Origin: the human T2T-CHM13v2.0 reference genome, Homo sapiens
Assembly (NCBI RefSeq): GCF_009914755.1
Contig: NC_060926.1
Length of the DNA: 64,000 nt
Direction: 5' to 3' (one strand)
In this document: positions 52,521 through 64,000 of the stretch, piece after piece
How positions within the stretch are numbered: position 1 is the first letter of the stretch
Layout: the number at the start of each line of letters is the position of its first letter
The notes under the pieces: generated by a model
Databases searched by the model: none
What the model was told of the DNA's origin: nothing
What the model saw: the letters and a program-made list of their open reading frames with translations, nothing else
Position numbers and translations under genes: made by a program

Positions 52521-54339
52521 CCGTGAATCGATTTCCCTGAAACACGTGAGGTTTCCTATCCTCTCCTTCCTCCCAGACCATTAGATTCCAGTTCCTCTGC
52601 TGCTTCCTTTTTTTTTTTTTTCGGATTTCCGTACAGAATATTCTAGCAGGACCCTCCCTTGTCATCATAGCTCTAGGTATTCAGATAGAGACCTGAAGAG
52701 AGAAATCCTAAGAATATACCTATTAACAAGCTCTTTGGTTAATTCTCTGTCTACAGAGGACTATGCCACATTGCATAGAATGAGTTCCTAAAGTGTCAGG
52801 TCCACTCATTGGAGCAAAATACCCAGAGAAAACAAGCAAGGAAAGGGCAGAGAGAAAGACAGATTCCCTACCTGCTCCAAGCTCTTAGAGGAAGGCTGTG
52901 TCCTCCTGCTGCCCATCACTCACTTTGCTCCTCTGAGGCAGGGCCTCCCACTTCCCTATCCTGAGCTTGCAGTGAGGGGTGGAAAGGGAGTGGACCCAAC
53001 TTGGACATTCCAAAGAATTACTACATTCACCAACCCTCCCTAAGTGATGCAAAGCCGCGCTGTGCCTCACCTAATGGATGAGTAGAATTACCTACTGAAT
53101 AGAAGGAGGCCAGGTGCTTCTGCCTCTTTAGTGTTTATACCAGGGGTGCTTCCTGGCTTCAGACTGTCACCCTGAAGAGGTGCTGAGCCCCCAAGGCGGT
53201 GGCCCAACTAGAAGGGATGCTATTGCTCCTGGGAACTTGAAAGGCATCCTACTGGATGTGGCTTTAATACCTGGTGTTCCTCTACCAAGTGCAACTTAAA
53301 CTTAAGCATCAGTTTTGGGGAGATGAGAGGGATGGAAGGATGACAGATTGGAATTGAGAATGTTCCACAAAGGGAATACAGTGAACTGGGAGGGGACCAC
53401 CCCATCAGCAAAAATAAATAAATACAAATAAATCTTTCCTTCTCTGATTTCTAGGAAGTTAGACTCAGGAGGAGGAGTCATAGAGTCATATTTGTGCATC
53501 TGAGTTACATCACAATGTAGTGGGGATTCTGCACACAGCGGAAAACCACAATCCCTTATTTTAGCCACCCTCAAAAGACAGATATTCTTCCTCCATGGTC
53601 TAGGCTGGAAGTGGGGGGACACTTGAAATGCCAGTTCCCACCATAACTCTCTTCCTAGGTGACTCCAGGCAAATGAATTTGCTGGTCATATCTCCAATTC
53701 CCTACATGAGAACCTTTCCATGGAAAAGAAAAGCATTTGCTGAAACACTTGAAGTAGATACAAAACAAAAAAGAAAATATATATTAGCATATGATTTTCA
53801 CTTCAAAATGACCAATGGTCGGGTTTAGTATATTTAAGTATTGGTTTTCATATCACATGTCAACAATAAAGAAATGGAGAGAAAACTTAAAACTAAAGTA
53901 TTATAATCTATCTATTCCAGATAGAGAGTTTCTGGAATCATGACTTCATTTGCCAAAACTTCATTCTGTAACAAACATTTCAGGAGATTATCTAAGGAGG
54001 AATAAGCCATGTATCGTAGTCAGGATAGTTCATTCTTAATTTTCAGAGAAGACAGCTGATGGGAGCTGTGCCAGGCTACCAGATCCATACAGATAGGAAA
54101 GGAGATTAGTTCTCAGTGCCCAGGGTCCTGCACAGGCAGCAAAGTGACTAGGAGCAGGAGTGCCACTGCAGGATGCCTGGATAGGGCATTTCAGTCTTAG
54201 CCAACCTGGTACAAGGGCCACCCACTGAGGAAAGGGAGGGCCGGGCACATACCCCAGTTCAGCTCAAGGGCGGGTCAGTCAGCTAGATCCTGCCTGTGTG
54301 GTATTGGAGAGTTAAGTTGTCAGTGGTTTAGGAAGGGGC

Positions 54340-54522
54340 TTGTCAAAAGTCCTGTGCCACGAGATCACCCGGAGAGTTTGTCAATATGCAGATTCCCGGG
54401 CCCCATCCACAGCACTCTGATTTAGGAGGCCCACAGTGGGCTGGGGAGTTGGCATTTTTAAAAAGCTCCACTGATGACTCTGGCACTAGTGGTCTTTAGA
54501 GCACATACATATTGAGAACCAT
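54340..54522. mobile_element. MER5-like hAT MITE (similar fragments at ~9340-9480 and ~56025-56165)
   Basis: atcacccggagagtttg…atgcagattcccgggcccca…gcatttttaaaaagctcc…tgagaacca. Confidence 0.65.
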
Positions 54523-57500
54523 TAGTAAAGAACGATTCTACCCAGTAGGGTCTGGGTCTTGCTAAGGAGAATCCTGAGGATTGAAGTTATTCAGATGTAA
54601 AGAAATGGCTCTTTATTAAAGCATTATATACACTTCAGTATGTTTCTTCTTGTAAACCCCTTTTTCTTTATCTATAAGAGATAAGAACCAGACCTGATAT
54701 TCCTGAAAGGCTTTCTTAGCTCCTAATCTTGAAGACAGCACTGGCTACTAGGGGGCTGAAGGGTGATGTGGGGGCAAGGTGCTTGGGTTTTCTTCCAGTC
54801 ACATCGTGGAGAGGCTCCCATGCTACCCTCATGTGGATTTATCCTAGTGAGTGGACACCCTAGGTCTTGGAAAAATATCCATGTCAGTTCAAAGAGAAGT
54901 CATTTTTGCAGAAGAGCTCCCTTGAAAACACAGAGGAAGAGAAGAGAACCCAGAAGCAAAGCTGCCCTCCAAAACAGGTCAAACAGAAGCCAAAGGGGGT
55001 CTGTAGTTTCAGGCCAGTGGAAGTTACCTTTAGTGCTGGAGAGTTGATTGCATATGTGGAAAGAGGAGGGAAAAGAGGCCTCTAAAGTCACTAGTGGGCT
55101 TTTTTTTTTTTAAACCCATAGTTTGTTCCATGAGTATCATCAGAAGCTTCAAAGAGAAGGAAGGTGACACCAGCTCAATGAGGAGTCTTTGATTGCTCTT
55201 CACCCTGCACATTCCGTATTTTCTCATAGGATTTCCAGTTATTCTCACACAGAAGCAGTCTAGACAGCTGAAGGGACACACTAGGATAGCTGATTATTCT
55301 TGTGTCACTTGGGGTCAGGACATTAGGCAGTAGGCAACATGTTTGTTGTTGCTGTTGTTTTTAATGCTTTTATTTTAACAGTACTTCTCAACTTTGTTTT
55401 GGTAAAAACTCACTTTACATGTCTATTGGTTTTAACAGTAGCATAAAGTGTTGTATATGAGTTCTGTCAATTTTTGTCACCTATCATATGTGTAGATGAG
55501 ATCATGTTCGCATGTCTTCTAAAGTGTTTATAAAGATTTCCTTAGGATCAGTGTATATAGGGCTCTGGTTTAAAAGAAATTTCCCATGAACTATGATTTC
55601 TGTCACAGAGGAGTCAGGGCTCCTGAGCAAATGTGGCTCTGTTGTGGTTCACCTCCCACAGGAGATGCCATTCTGTTACCCCTGTTTTAAGGAAGCACTG
55701 AGGCCCAGGAGTCTTTCTGAGGCTGTGCCTAGGCTCATGAGTGTGGTCCTGGAAGTGGAAGGAAGCCTCAGAGGTCAGTAGTGGGACACAGTTCTTCCAA
55801 GGACCCACTCCTCTCCAGAGCCTGGCAGGCCCTGAGACCCAGCATGAGCTTCACGAATCCTCTTAGCAAACTGAAGCATCAAGATAATGATTATTCTTGC
55901 TTTATGTCTGAGGAGATTGTGGCTTGGAAATATTACATACTTGTCCCAAAGTCACATAACTAGGTAGTCTGGGGCCAGGGCTTAAACCTAGGTATTTGAT
56001 TCCAAAACCCAAGCTCATAATGGCAGCACCCTGGTTACTTAGTGTGGTCTTCCAGTGACATCAGCATCACCTGGGAGCCTGCTGGAAATGCAGAAGCCCA
56101 GGCCATGTCCCAGTCCTATTCCCTCCTGCTCCCTTAGGTAGGCACATGAATGTTTGCAGTGTACACCATTCGGATCTCCAGGCCCAGGCATTAGCTCTGT
56201 TCAGTGTCTTTGCTTTAATCTCAGCTTCTAGAACTGAGAGATAAAGCTACAAAATCATACCAAAAGCCTGTAGACTAAAGTTTAGAAAGATTGCAACACC
56301 AAACCGCGGGTGCCCTACAGAACCACAAGCCCTAAATCTGCTGCCTCCTCGGCTTTGGCCTGACAGTAAGCAGTCTGGGCTGGCCAGCAACCTCACGCTG
56401 GCCCTTCCACATGGTCACTCCCCTCTCCTGGCACCAGAGCAGGAGCCTGGCACCTCCTAGAAGAAGAGAAAATAACAAAGGGCTTATAGGATCTTCTTTG
56501 GTGAGCCATGCATTTACCCAGTAACATACATATTATTGATGATAATTGCACATTAGGAATGCATTGTTCACATGTAATTTTGGCAGAGATAACATGTTTT
56601 AATTCAAAAGACATTGAACTATGCAAAGGATTGATCACTCGCAAATCAAAAAGTTATTAAATATACACTCTTATTTGATTACCCAAATCTCTGCCAGCCT
56701 CACTGTGGTCATTATAGCATCGCCAGTTGACATTCTACCAACCAAACAGAAGCTAGTTACTGAAAGTGTGCTTCATCTTCTCTTCAGCCTCTGCTCTTTA
56801 AAATCAAATGCAGAAGATGCCTAAGTTAAGGCAACATGCTGAGCACATAGCTGTGAAGAGTATTACAGGGCAGCATGAAATCAGGACAGGGTCTTGGCAG
56901 TATCATCTGCCCCTTTTGGTGTTGTCTTCCTCTCCAAGAGCCCAAAACTTCCAGCCTGCCCCTGTCTGACACTCTCTTTTACCCTGAGTCAGGGGTGGCA
57001 AGTATCACCACATCAAGGGGGATGTGCATTGTAATAGCAGGATCTGGAAAGAATCATGTTTAACCTACAGGCTTGGCATAGGAATGGTGCAATTGCCTCT
57101 GTTTTAAAAAGCACAGAATATAAAATGTGGAGGAACCTTAAACATATCATCTTTGACACTCCCATTTTACAGATGAGAAATTTGACCCCGGCAATGTGAT
57201 TTACCCAGTAACAGCATTGCAACTCAAAGCTGGCTTTCCTGTCATCTGGTGGGTACTCCTTACATTTTGCTCCCTGCTCCTCAATTTTGTGATTTAGATC
57301 TTGAAGGAAGAGGTCTTACCAAGGGCCTCCCTTTGTTGCTTGTCTTCAGAGGGAGGACAAAGCTTGCATCAGGCAGTGATGTTCCAGGTACAAAGCCTTT
57401 CATAGACCTGCAGGCACACAGCAATAGACAGATACACCCATGCCTGGGCCTGGGGTTTGGATGATTGCTCTTCAGTGTAGCAGCTTTATGAAAACATTAA

Positions 57501-59089
57501 ATGTCATTACTTATTTCTTCATGTCCAAAATGTATACTTCAACATTTTTTCTCTGTAGACAAGTGTCACTTTTACTGCAATCTTCAAGCCAGATGTTCCT
57601 GGTATAAGTGGTAACAGCTGCCACACTGGCAGGAGTGTGGCTCCAGCCAAGTCACTTTCCAAAAGGACCCAAAAGCCCTCTCTGTGAGAACACTGACATG
57701 ACAGAAGAAACCCATACCTGGCCCGCCTCGAGCTGCTCAGGAAACCACTGTGAAGGCTGGAACAGGGGTATTTGGGGAGGGCAGTTTGCCAAACCGCTGG
57801 CTGCATTTCCCTCTTCCTCAGTGATGAGCTGGGGTCCTGGGTAGGGAGTGCCGAATCTGCCTCCTTTTCTTCAAGCTTCTTTCAAAGCAGTGTTTGTAGT
57901 GCCAGCACCCATTATCCACATCCTCATTGGTCTCAGGACCTAGCCATTGCCCTTGCTTTCTGTCATACTTGCCACAGTCTCTATGATCTTCAGTTGACAT
58001 TCTATTGTTTTTGAATTTTGCTCAAGTTGCAGCCGCCTGGTAGCATTTATCTTCTCAGTTCCCTTGGGCCTTGGTGAATTCCTCAATAAGGTCCCATCTC
58101 AGCATCAGCATTTCCAGAAAACACAGGCACAATTTGCCTTCGTCTTCAGCTAAGGCTGAAGAACTTGATTCAGCCAAAAAATAACTGTTGTCTTTGCAAT
58201 TTTGGCCCTCTGGCTGAAAGGTCTATTATCCAAGAATGCCATCCTACTGAGTAAGGTTGAATTTATAAGACACATGAATACATGAACAGACACACAAACA
58301 CACTCTCTCCAAAACATAGCTATGGGTGGCTGCAGCGTGATGCTTTCTCCAAGAGATGGCGAGCTCATTCAAACAAAGTCTTGGCTTCTTCCCATGGGTG
58401 TGAGGCCAGCATTTAGTGGGAATAAATCACTTTAGGTTTTGAGTCTGGCTAGGTGTGAACTCAAAGGATGGAAAACCTTTTGGGGATGAGCTTTCCAGAA
58501 ACCAGTGGCCAGCAGAGGTCACTTGGCCCAGGGCCTCCAGGAGTGGTCCAGCCATTGCCCCTCCATCCAGGATCATGGGCCTCAGCCCTGTAAAGAAGCA
58601 GCTTCCTCCCTAGAAAGACCAAGAGGTGGTGGAAAGAGACAGGCTTCTAGTCCATGTCTCTAGAACATGCCTCTCCCCAGCTACTTGTTTTTGGGCAAAC
58701 AGCTTAACCACCTGAAACTTCAGTTTCCTCATCTGTAAAAACAGGATGAACACAAGTTCTATGGGATTATTGTGATTAATGAACTAACGTTTGTAAAGTT
58801 CGTGGCACAAAGGGAATAACTGATAAATCCTATTTTCTTCTGCAGACTAGACTGTGATTTTTATCACTTATTGAGCTGAAGGATCTTTTAGGAGAATTTC
58901 CTCCTCAAAATCAGAACCGTTCTCAAGCCTGGTGCTGCAAGTACAATAAGAACAACTGTGCCCATTATTACACCAGTGTTGCTCAGTTCCAAGTCCACAT
59001 TTCTACGCTCTGCTGTGTGACACCAGGGCTGGGATCTGCAGGCTAAAGTTTTCCTCTGTCAGATGACTTTCTCTTAGATTTTGCAAATA

Positions 59090-59531
59090 GGGGCATGGGA
59101 GCAGCAACCAGGGGTTGGCCTCTAGCGATGGACTTTCACTTAGCATCGCCAGTTGGTTCCAATCTTCAACTTCTTTCAGCACTCCCAGAACCAATCTCAT
59201 CATGCCCTAGGAAGGTGCCCTCCCCAGTGGGGCAATAACTGTCCTCAGAGAGCTGAACCTCTACTCCATGGACTTCCTATAGACTTCCTGAGCCACCCAG
59301 AAGCAGCAAGGATGTGCTGCCTCCTCAGAGGGCTGAGCCCAGTCCTACAGGGTTCGTCCTCTGAGCTTCTAGATGCTGACACCCACAATCTTTGCCTTTG
59401 TTTCCCCACCCTTTCCCTAGTGCTCCCAGTTTGCTTTCTTGGACCAGTTTAACCCATCTTCTATATTAAATTCTCTCTGTTGAAATGCCTAGTGTGGTTT
59501 CTGTTGTCCTGACTGGACCCCAACTGATACA
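59090..59531 (+). mobile_element. Old ERVL LTR (LTR33-like); 5' boundary uncertain
   Basis: 3' terminus attaaattctctctgttgaaatgcctagtgtggtttctgttgtcctgactggaccccaactgataca is typical of the LTR33 group. Confidence 0.6.
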
Positions 59532-61852
59532 CAGATCAAGAGTGCCAGTTTTCCTAGACGATCCTCATTCACACTGGCTTTCCTAGGATCTTGTCTTGTT
59601 TTTGTCCCAGACGCAATTGTCCTGGTTTCTGTGATAAATTGTAAAGTCGTTTAGTTATAGTTGTTCCCTTTAACAGGCCATGGTTGAAGAACTTTAAGCA
59701 CCTGACATATTAGACTCCTTACTGCAGATTTCTATAAATTCTCTTTGATTTAGAACCATACTTGTATTCTCTACCTAGGAACAGAGTGTTCCTATTGATT
59801 GTTTAAAAAGAGGAAACTTCTTGAACACAGCTGAGTACTGAAGCTACAAAAGCATTGCCCATCCTGTCTTTCTTGTAAATCTACACATTATCCATGAGTT
59901 GTTCTCTTTATAGTTGCTTCCCAACCTGACCTTCTAGGGAAGAAATTTCTCCCACTTAGAATGTTTTATATACAGAGACCTTAGTTTTCATTCTGCAAGT
60001 TTTTTGTTACACTAAGGTCTTTCTTCCTATGCGATCCTAAAGTGACTAAACCTAAAGGTACTTCGGGATGTTCTCTTTGCCTGGGATGACATGCTCCTTC
60101 TCTTCTACCTATTTATACCTTATCCTCCCATCTGCTGAAATACCATTGCCTCCTGGAACTCTCTCCCCAGCTAGTGTCTTCTCCCTCTTATAAGCCTATT
60201 TCATGTAATTCTCCAACTCACTTTGGCACTTTACCACTTTCTTATTGGGCTTGGTATCTTTTACAAGGGGGTCTTGTATTTATTATAACTGTAAATGCAT
60301 CTTTAACTTGTTAATTTGACCAACTGCTCAGTTCCTTTGTAGAACTGTTTGTGCTTTTTCTTTGAATCCCTTGCAGCACTCATCAATCTTTCTTTTTACT
60401 CCAATAATTCCAAGCCTCTTTTTTTTAGTCCATTTATGTCCATCCGCCTCCTGTTCCCTTACGTATCCCCCAAGTTCACGAACATACCAGGATCATTTCC
60501 ACTTCTGTACTTTGGTTCACATTATTTCCTCAGTTCAGAGCATTCCTACCCCTTCACACTACTCATCCTTCCTGAATCATCCTTCAGAAGCTTCCTCTGA
60601 CACTCCAGGCTGAGCTAAGTCTCCCTTCTCTGTGCCACCATCGTACCTTGTCAGAATCCCTATTATTACATTGCTGCATTACACTAAAACCATCTTTTAC
60701 ATGCCTGGCTCTCCTAGTGGACTTCACAGCACCAAGGATAAATGATGTGTCCTGTGCACCTCAGTTCTCACAGCATGTAATACAATACCTGTCACATCGG
60801 AGGAACTTGATAAATGTTTATTGACCTAAACTTAATACATTTTTGCTGAATGATTGAGTGACATTGAGACAGCAATTCTGCGAGCTGCCATTTTTCTACC
60901 CTGGACACATATTTATCTCCTCTCTTTCCCTGCCAAAACCCCAAAGATTGCTTCACTACACTGTATAATCTTTCTGTCAGGTCTCTGACACACAAAACAC
61001 ATGTAATCATTCCATTATGAGGCCTGGCACTAAGTTTAAGCTGAGTGTGCAGATTTATTGGATCTTGTACCAGGAAACGAGTGAGGCAGGGGTTTAGAGG
61101 GATTTCCCAAGGGGATGTAAAATGTTCATGAGGCCTTGTACTTAGAGGCAATTCTATGCTCCTGTGGGAGCCTCAACTGTCCTTGCAGATTGCATTTCTC
61201 CATCTACTTTTGAGATATTCAGGCAGCCTACTGCTGTGGGCTGACAGGTAACAAGCAACCTGTACACTGAACACTCACAGCAGCCCCACTTAATGACGAG
61301 AACGCATGCCACTACTGACTTACTGTTTTAGTGCAAAGATGAGCTGCATACAATTTGAACACCTGTTCATTTGAAAATGCATTTGGCACACTGGCTAGTT
61401 TGCTTTCCTCATATGCTTGTGAGTTCCTCTTCTTGGAAAAGATAGATATTAGAGGCAGATGACAAGTGTCCAGTGGGTATTCTAACATTCCCCAACTGTT
61501 TACCTGTGCCTTTTGCCCCAGGAATGTGTGTTTTCCAAATCTTCTTCAAACTTTAAGGCCCAACTTAAATCCCACCTCCTCTAAAAACCTTCATCAACCA
61601 TTCAACCACTCTGGCTTTTAGGACCCTTTCTTGAAGCTCTGAAGATGAACGGCTTCCACTGTAATGCTTCATGGAATTGTCTTAAAAGGACAAGTTACTG
61701 CAAAGAGTCCTGGGCTGAGATTTACAAAGTTCCCATACTGGGTCCAGGTTCCTTTGTTATGTGGGCTAAATTACTCCAAGTTGTTACATTTTTTTCCTCC
61801 AACCACCTTCTTCTTCCCCTTCTGCTCCTCCTTCTCCTCTTTTCTTTCTCCT

Positions 61853-64000
61853 CATGAATTTTGGAGGGGACACAAATATTCGAACCATAGCATTGCACCC
61901 CCAGCCCCCCCAAAATTCATGTACTTCTCACACACAAAATACACTGATTCCATTCCAATAGCCTCAAAAGTCTTAACTCATTCCAGCTCAAAGTCTAAGT
62001 TCAAATTCTCATCTAAGTATAATCTAAATCAGATATGGGTGAGATTCAAGGTGTGATTTATCCTGAGGCAAATTTGCCCTCCAGCTGTGAGCCTAGGAAA
62101 TCAAATAAGTTATGTGCTTCCAAAATACAATTGTGGGACAGGGATAGGGCAGACATTTCCATTCCAAAGGGAGAAACAGGACATAAGAAAGGGGTACCAC
62201 GTCTCTACCAAATCTAAAACTCAGCAAGGCAAACATTAAATCTTAAGGCTCCAGAATAATCTTCTTTGATTCCATGTTCTACCTTCCAGACACACTAGGG
62301 CAGGGGCTGGGTGTCAGAGGTTCCCAGCAGCCCCGCCCCCATGGCCTTATTGGGTGGAGCCCATGCAGCAGCTCACAGGGGTTGGAGTGAGGTGCCTGCA
62401 GCTATCCAAGGCTGGCATTGCACACTGGTGGCTCTATAGTTCTGGGGCCATGGAAATGGCCCTGCTCCCATGGCTTCACTAAGCATTGACTTAGTGGAGA
62501 CTTTCTGTGGTGGCCCCAGCCCCATGACTCTGCTAGGCATTACCCTAGTGATCATTCTCTGTGGTGGCCCTGACTCTGTGGTAGTTCTATGCCTGGGTCC
62601 CAAGGCTCTCTGAGGCATCTTTTGCAATTTAGGTAGAGGCAGCCATGCCTCCTTAGCTTGTGTATTCTGCATGCCTGCAGAGTTAGCTTCAGGTGGACAC
62701 TGCCAAGGATTACCACTTGTGCCTTCTAGAGCAGCAGACGAAGCTGTACCTGGGCTTATTTGAGCCACAGCTGGCATGGTCAAGGAGCACTGTGCTGGAA
62801 TGCAGGGAGCAGAAACTTGGGGCAGCAAGCCCCAAGGTCCTACAGGAGCACTGAATCCTTTCTCTGAAACCATTCTGCTCTAAAGACCCTAGCACTCTGC
62901 GCCTGTGATGGGAGTGGCAGCCTGGAAGATCTCCAATACCTCTTCAAGGTCATTCTTCCATTGTCCTGATTAATAGCACCTGTCTTCTATCTATCTGTAC
63001 AAATGTCCTCATTAAACAGTTGCTTGGCCACACCCTTGATATTTTCTCCCAGACATGCTTTTATATTCTTTACAATAATATCCAGGCTGAGAATTTTCCA
63101 AATGTTTAAGCTCTGTCTTCCTTTTGATTATAAATCCTGTCTTTAATTCATTTCTCTCTTCTTGAATTTTACTCTAAGTGGTCAAGAGAAGAAGTGCAGC
63201 ACCTTGAACACTTCACTTAGAGATTTCTTTTTGCCAATTATCCTAGTTCATTGCTCTTAAGCTTTGCTTCCACAAAACATTAAGACATGGACACAATTAA
63301 GCCAAGTTCCTTGCCATTTTGTAACAAGTGTGACCTTTCTAATAAGATGTTTCCAATAAGATGTCCCCCATTTCCATCTAAAATCTCATCAGAGTAGGCT
63401 TTACTGTCTGTATTTCTACCAACGTTCTGATCACGACCACTTAAGTAATCTCTAAGACTGAGGCTCTGTCTATAGCTCTCCTGATCTCCTGAGTCCTCAC
63501 CAGATTCACCCATTATGGGCCATTTATGGCAACCTAGGATTTTTCTAGCATGCACCATCAAACTCCCCCAGCCTTTACCTATTATGCAGTTCCAAAGCTG
63601 CTTTTCCATTTTTAGGTATGTGCTAAAGCAACAACCTGACTTCCCAGCACCTATTTCTGTCTTTGTTTGTGCTGCTATGACAATATACCACAAACTGAGT
63701 AATTTATAAACAACATTTATTTCTCACAGTCCTAGAGGCTGGGGAGTCCAAGATCAAGGTATCAGAAAAATCAGTGTCAAGTAAAGGCCATTCTCTGCTC
63801 ACAAGATGGTGCCATGTTGCTGTATTCTCCAGAGGGGCTAAACACTGTGTCCTCATAAAGCAAAAGGGATGGAAAGCAGAAAAAGGGCCTAACTTTTTTC
63901 CTCCAGCCCTTTTATAAGGTTACTAATCCCCCCATGATGGCAGAGCCCTCATGGACTTATTACCTTCTAAAGGTCTGACCTCTTAACACTATTGCATTGA
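61853..64000 (-). mobile_element. MaLR provirus (MST/MLT1A-like): 5' LTR 63658->64000, internal region 61893-63657, 3' LTR reduced to ~40 bp
   Basis: LTR end motif ggaggggacacaaatattcgaaccatagca (to 61892); MaLR-internal decayed ORF (LKMEKQLWNCIIGKGWGSL, ORF 63280-63693); second LTR tgtc…gctgctat…tttctcacagtcctagaggctggggagtccaagatcaagg. Confidence 0.85.

Noticed and set aside
62373-63693. 166-aa and 137-aa minus-strand ORFs
   Set aside because: They are decayed MaLR internal sequence, not host genes.

Overview
Human-type genomic DNA (Alu, L1PA, MaLR, MIR, L2 and MER repeats) containing the complete OSR1 gene (odd-skipped related 1) on the minus strand. OSR1 has a non-coding exon 1 (~47428-47146), coding exon 2 (42646-41950, ATG at 42614) and coding exon 3 (41219 to the poly(A) site near 40294). 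The spliced CDS is 801 nt, giving 266 aa with three C2H2 fingers. The gene sits in a CpG-island cluster (~36.4-52.5 kb) bracketed by two convergent near-consensus CTCF motifs. About 3 kb past its 3' end is a second CpG-island promoter (NRF1, GC boxes, ETS) with three perfect CRE palindromes; two of them form the stem of the MIR4757 hairpin. The flanks are intergenic and repeat-rich. No other credible protein-coding gene and no new multi-gene system was found. The most interesting observations are regulatory (CRE cassette doubling as a miRNA hairpin, CTCF bracket, OSR-motif cluster around OSR1's own first exon) and atypical insertions (a 97-nt L1 5'-end-only insert between perfect 15-bp direct repeats, a tailless internal young-L1 fragment, an Alu with a target deletion, local templated duplications). 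Repeat subfamily calls and gene names come from recalled consensus sequences, not from a search.
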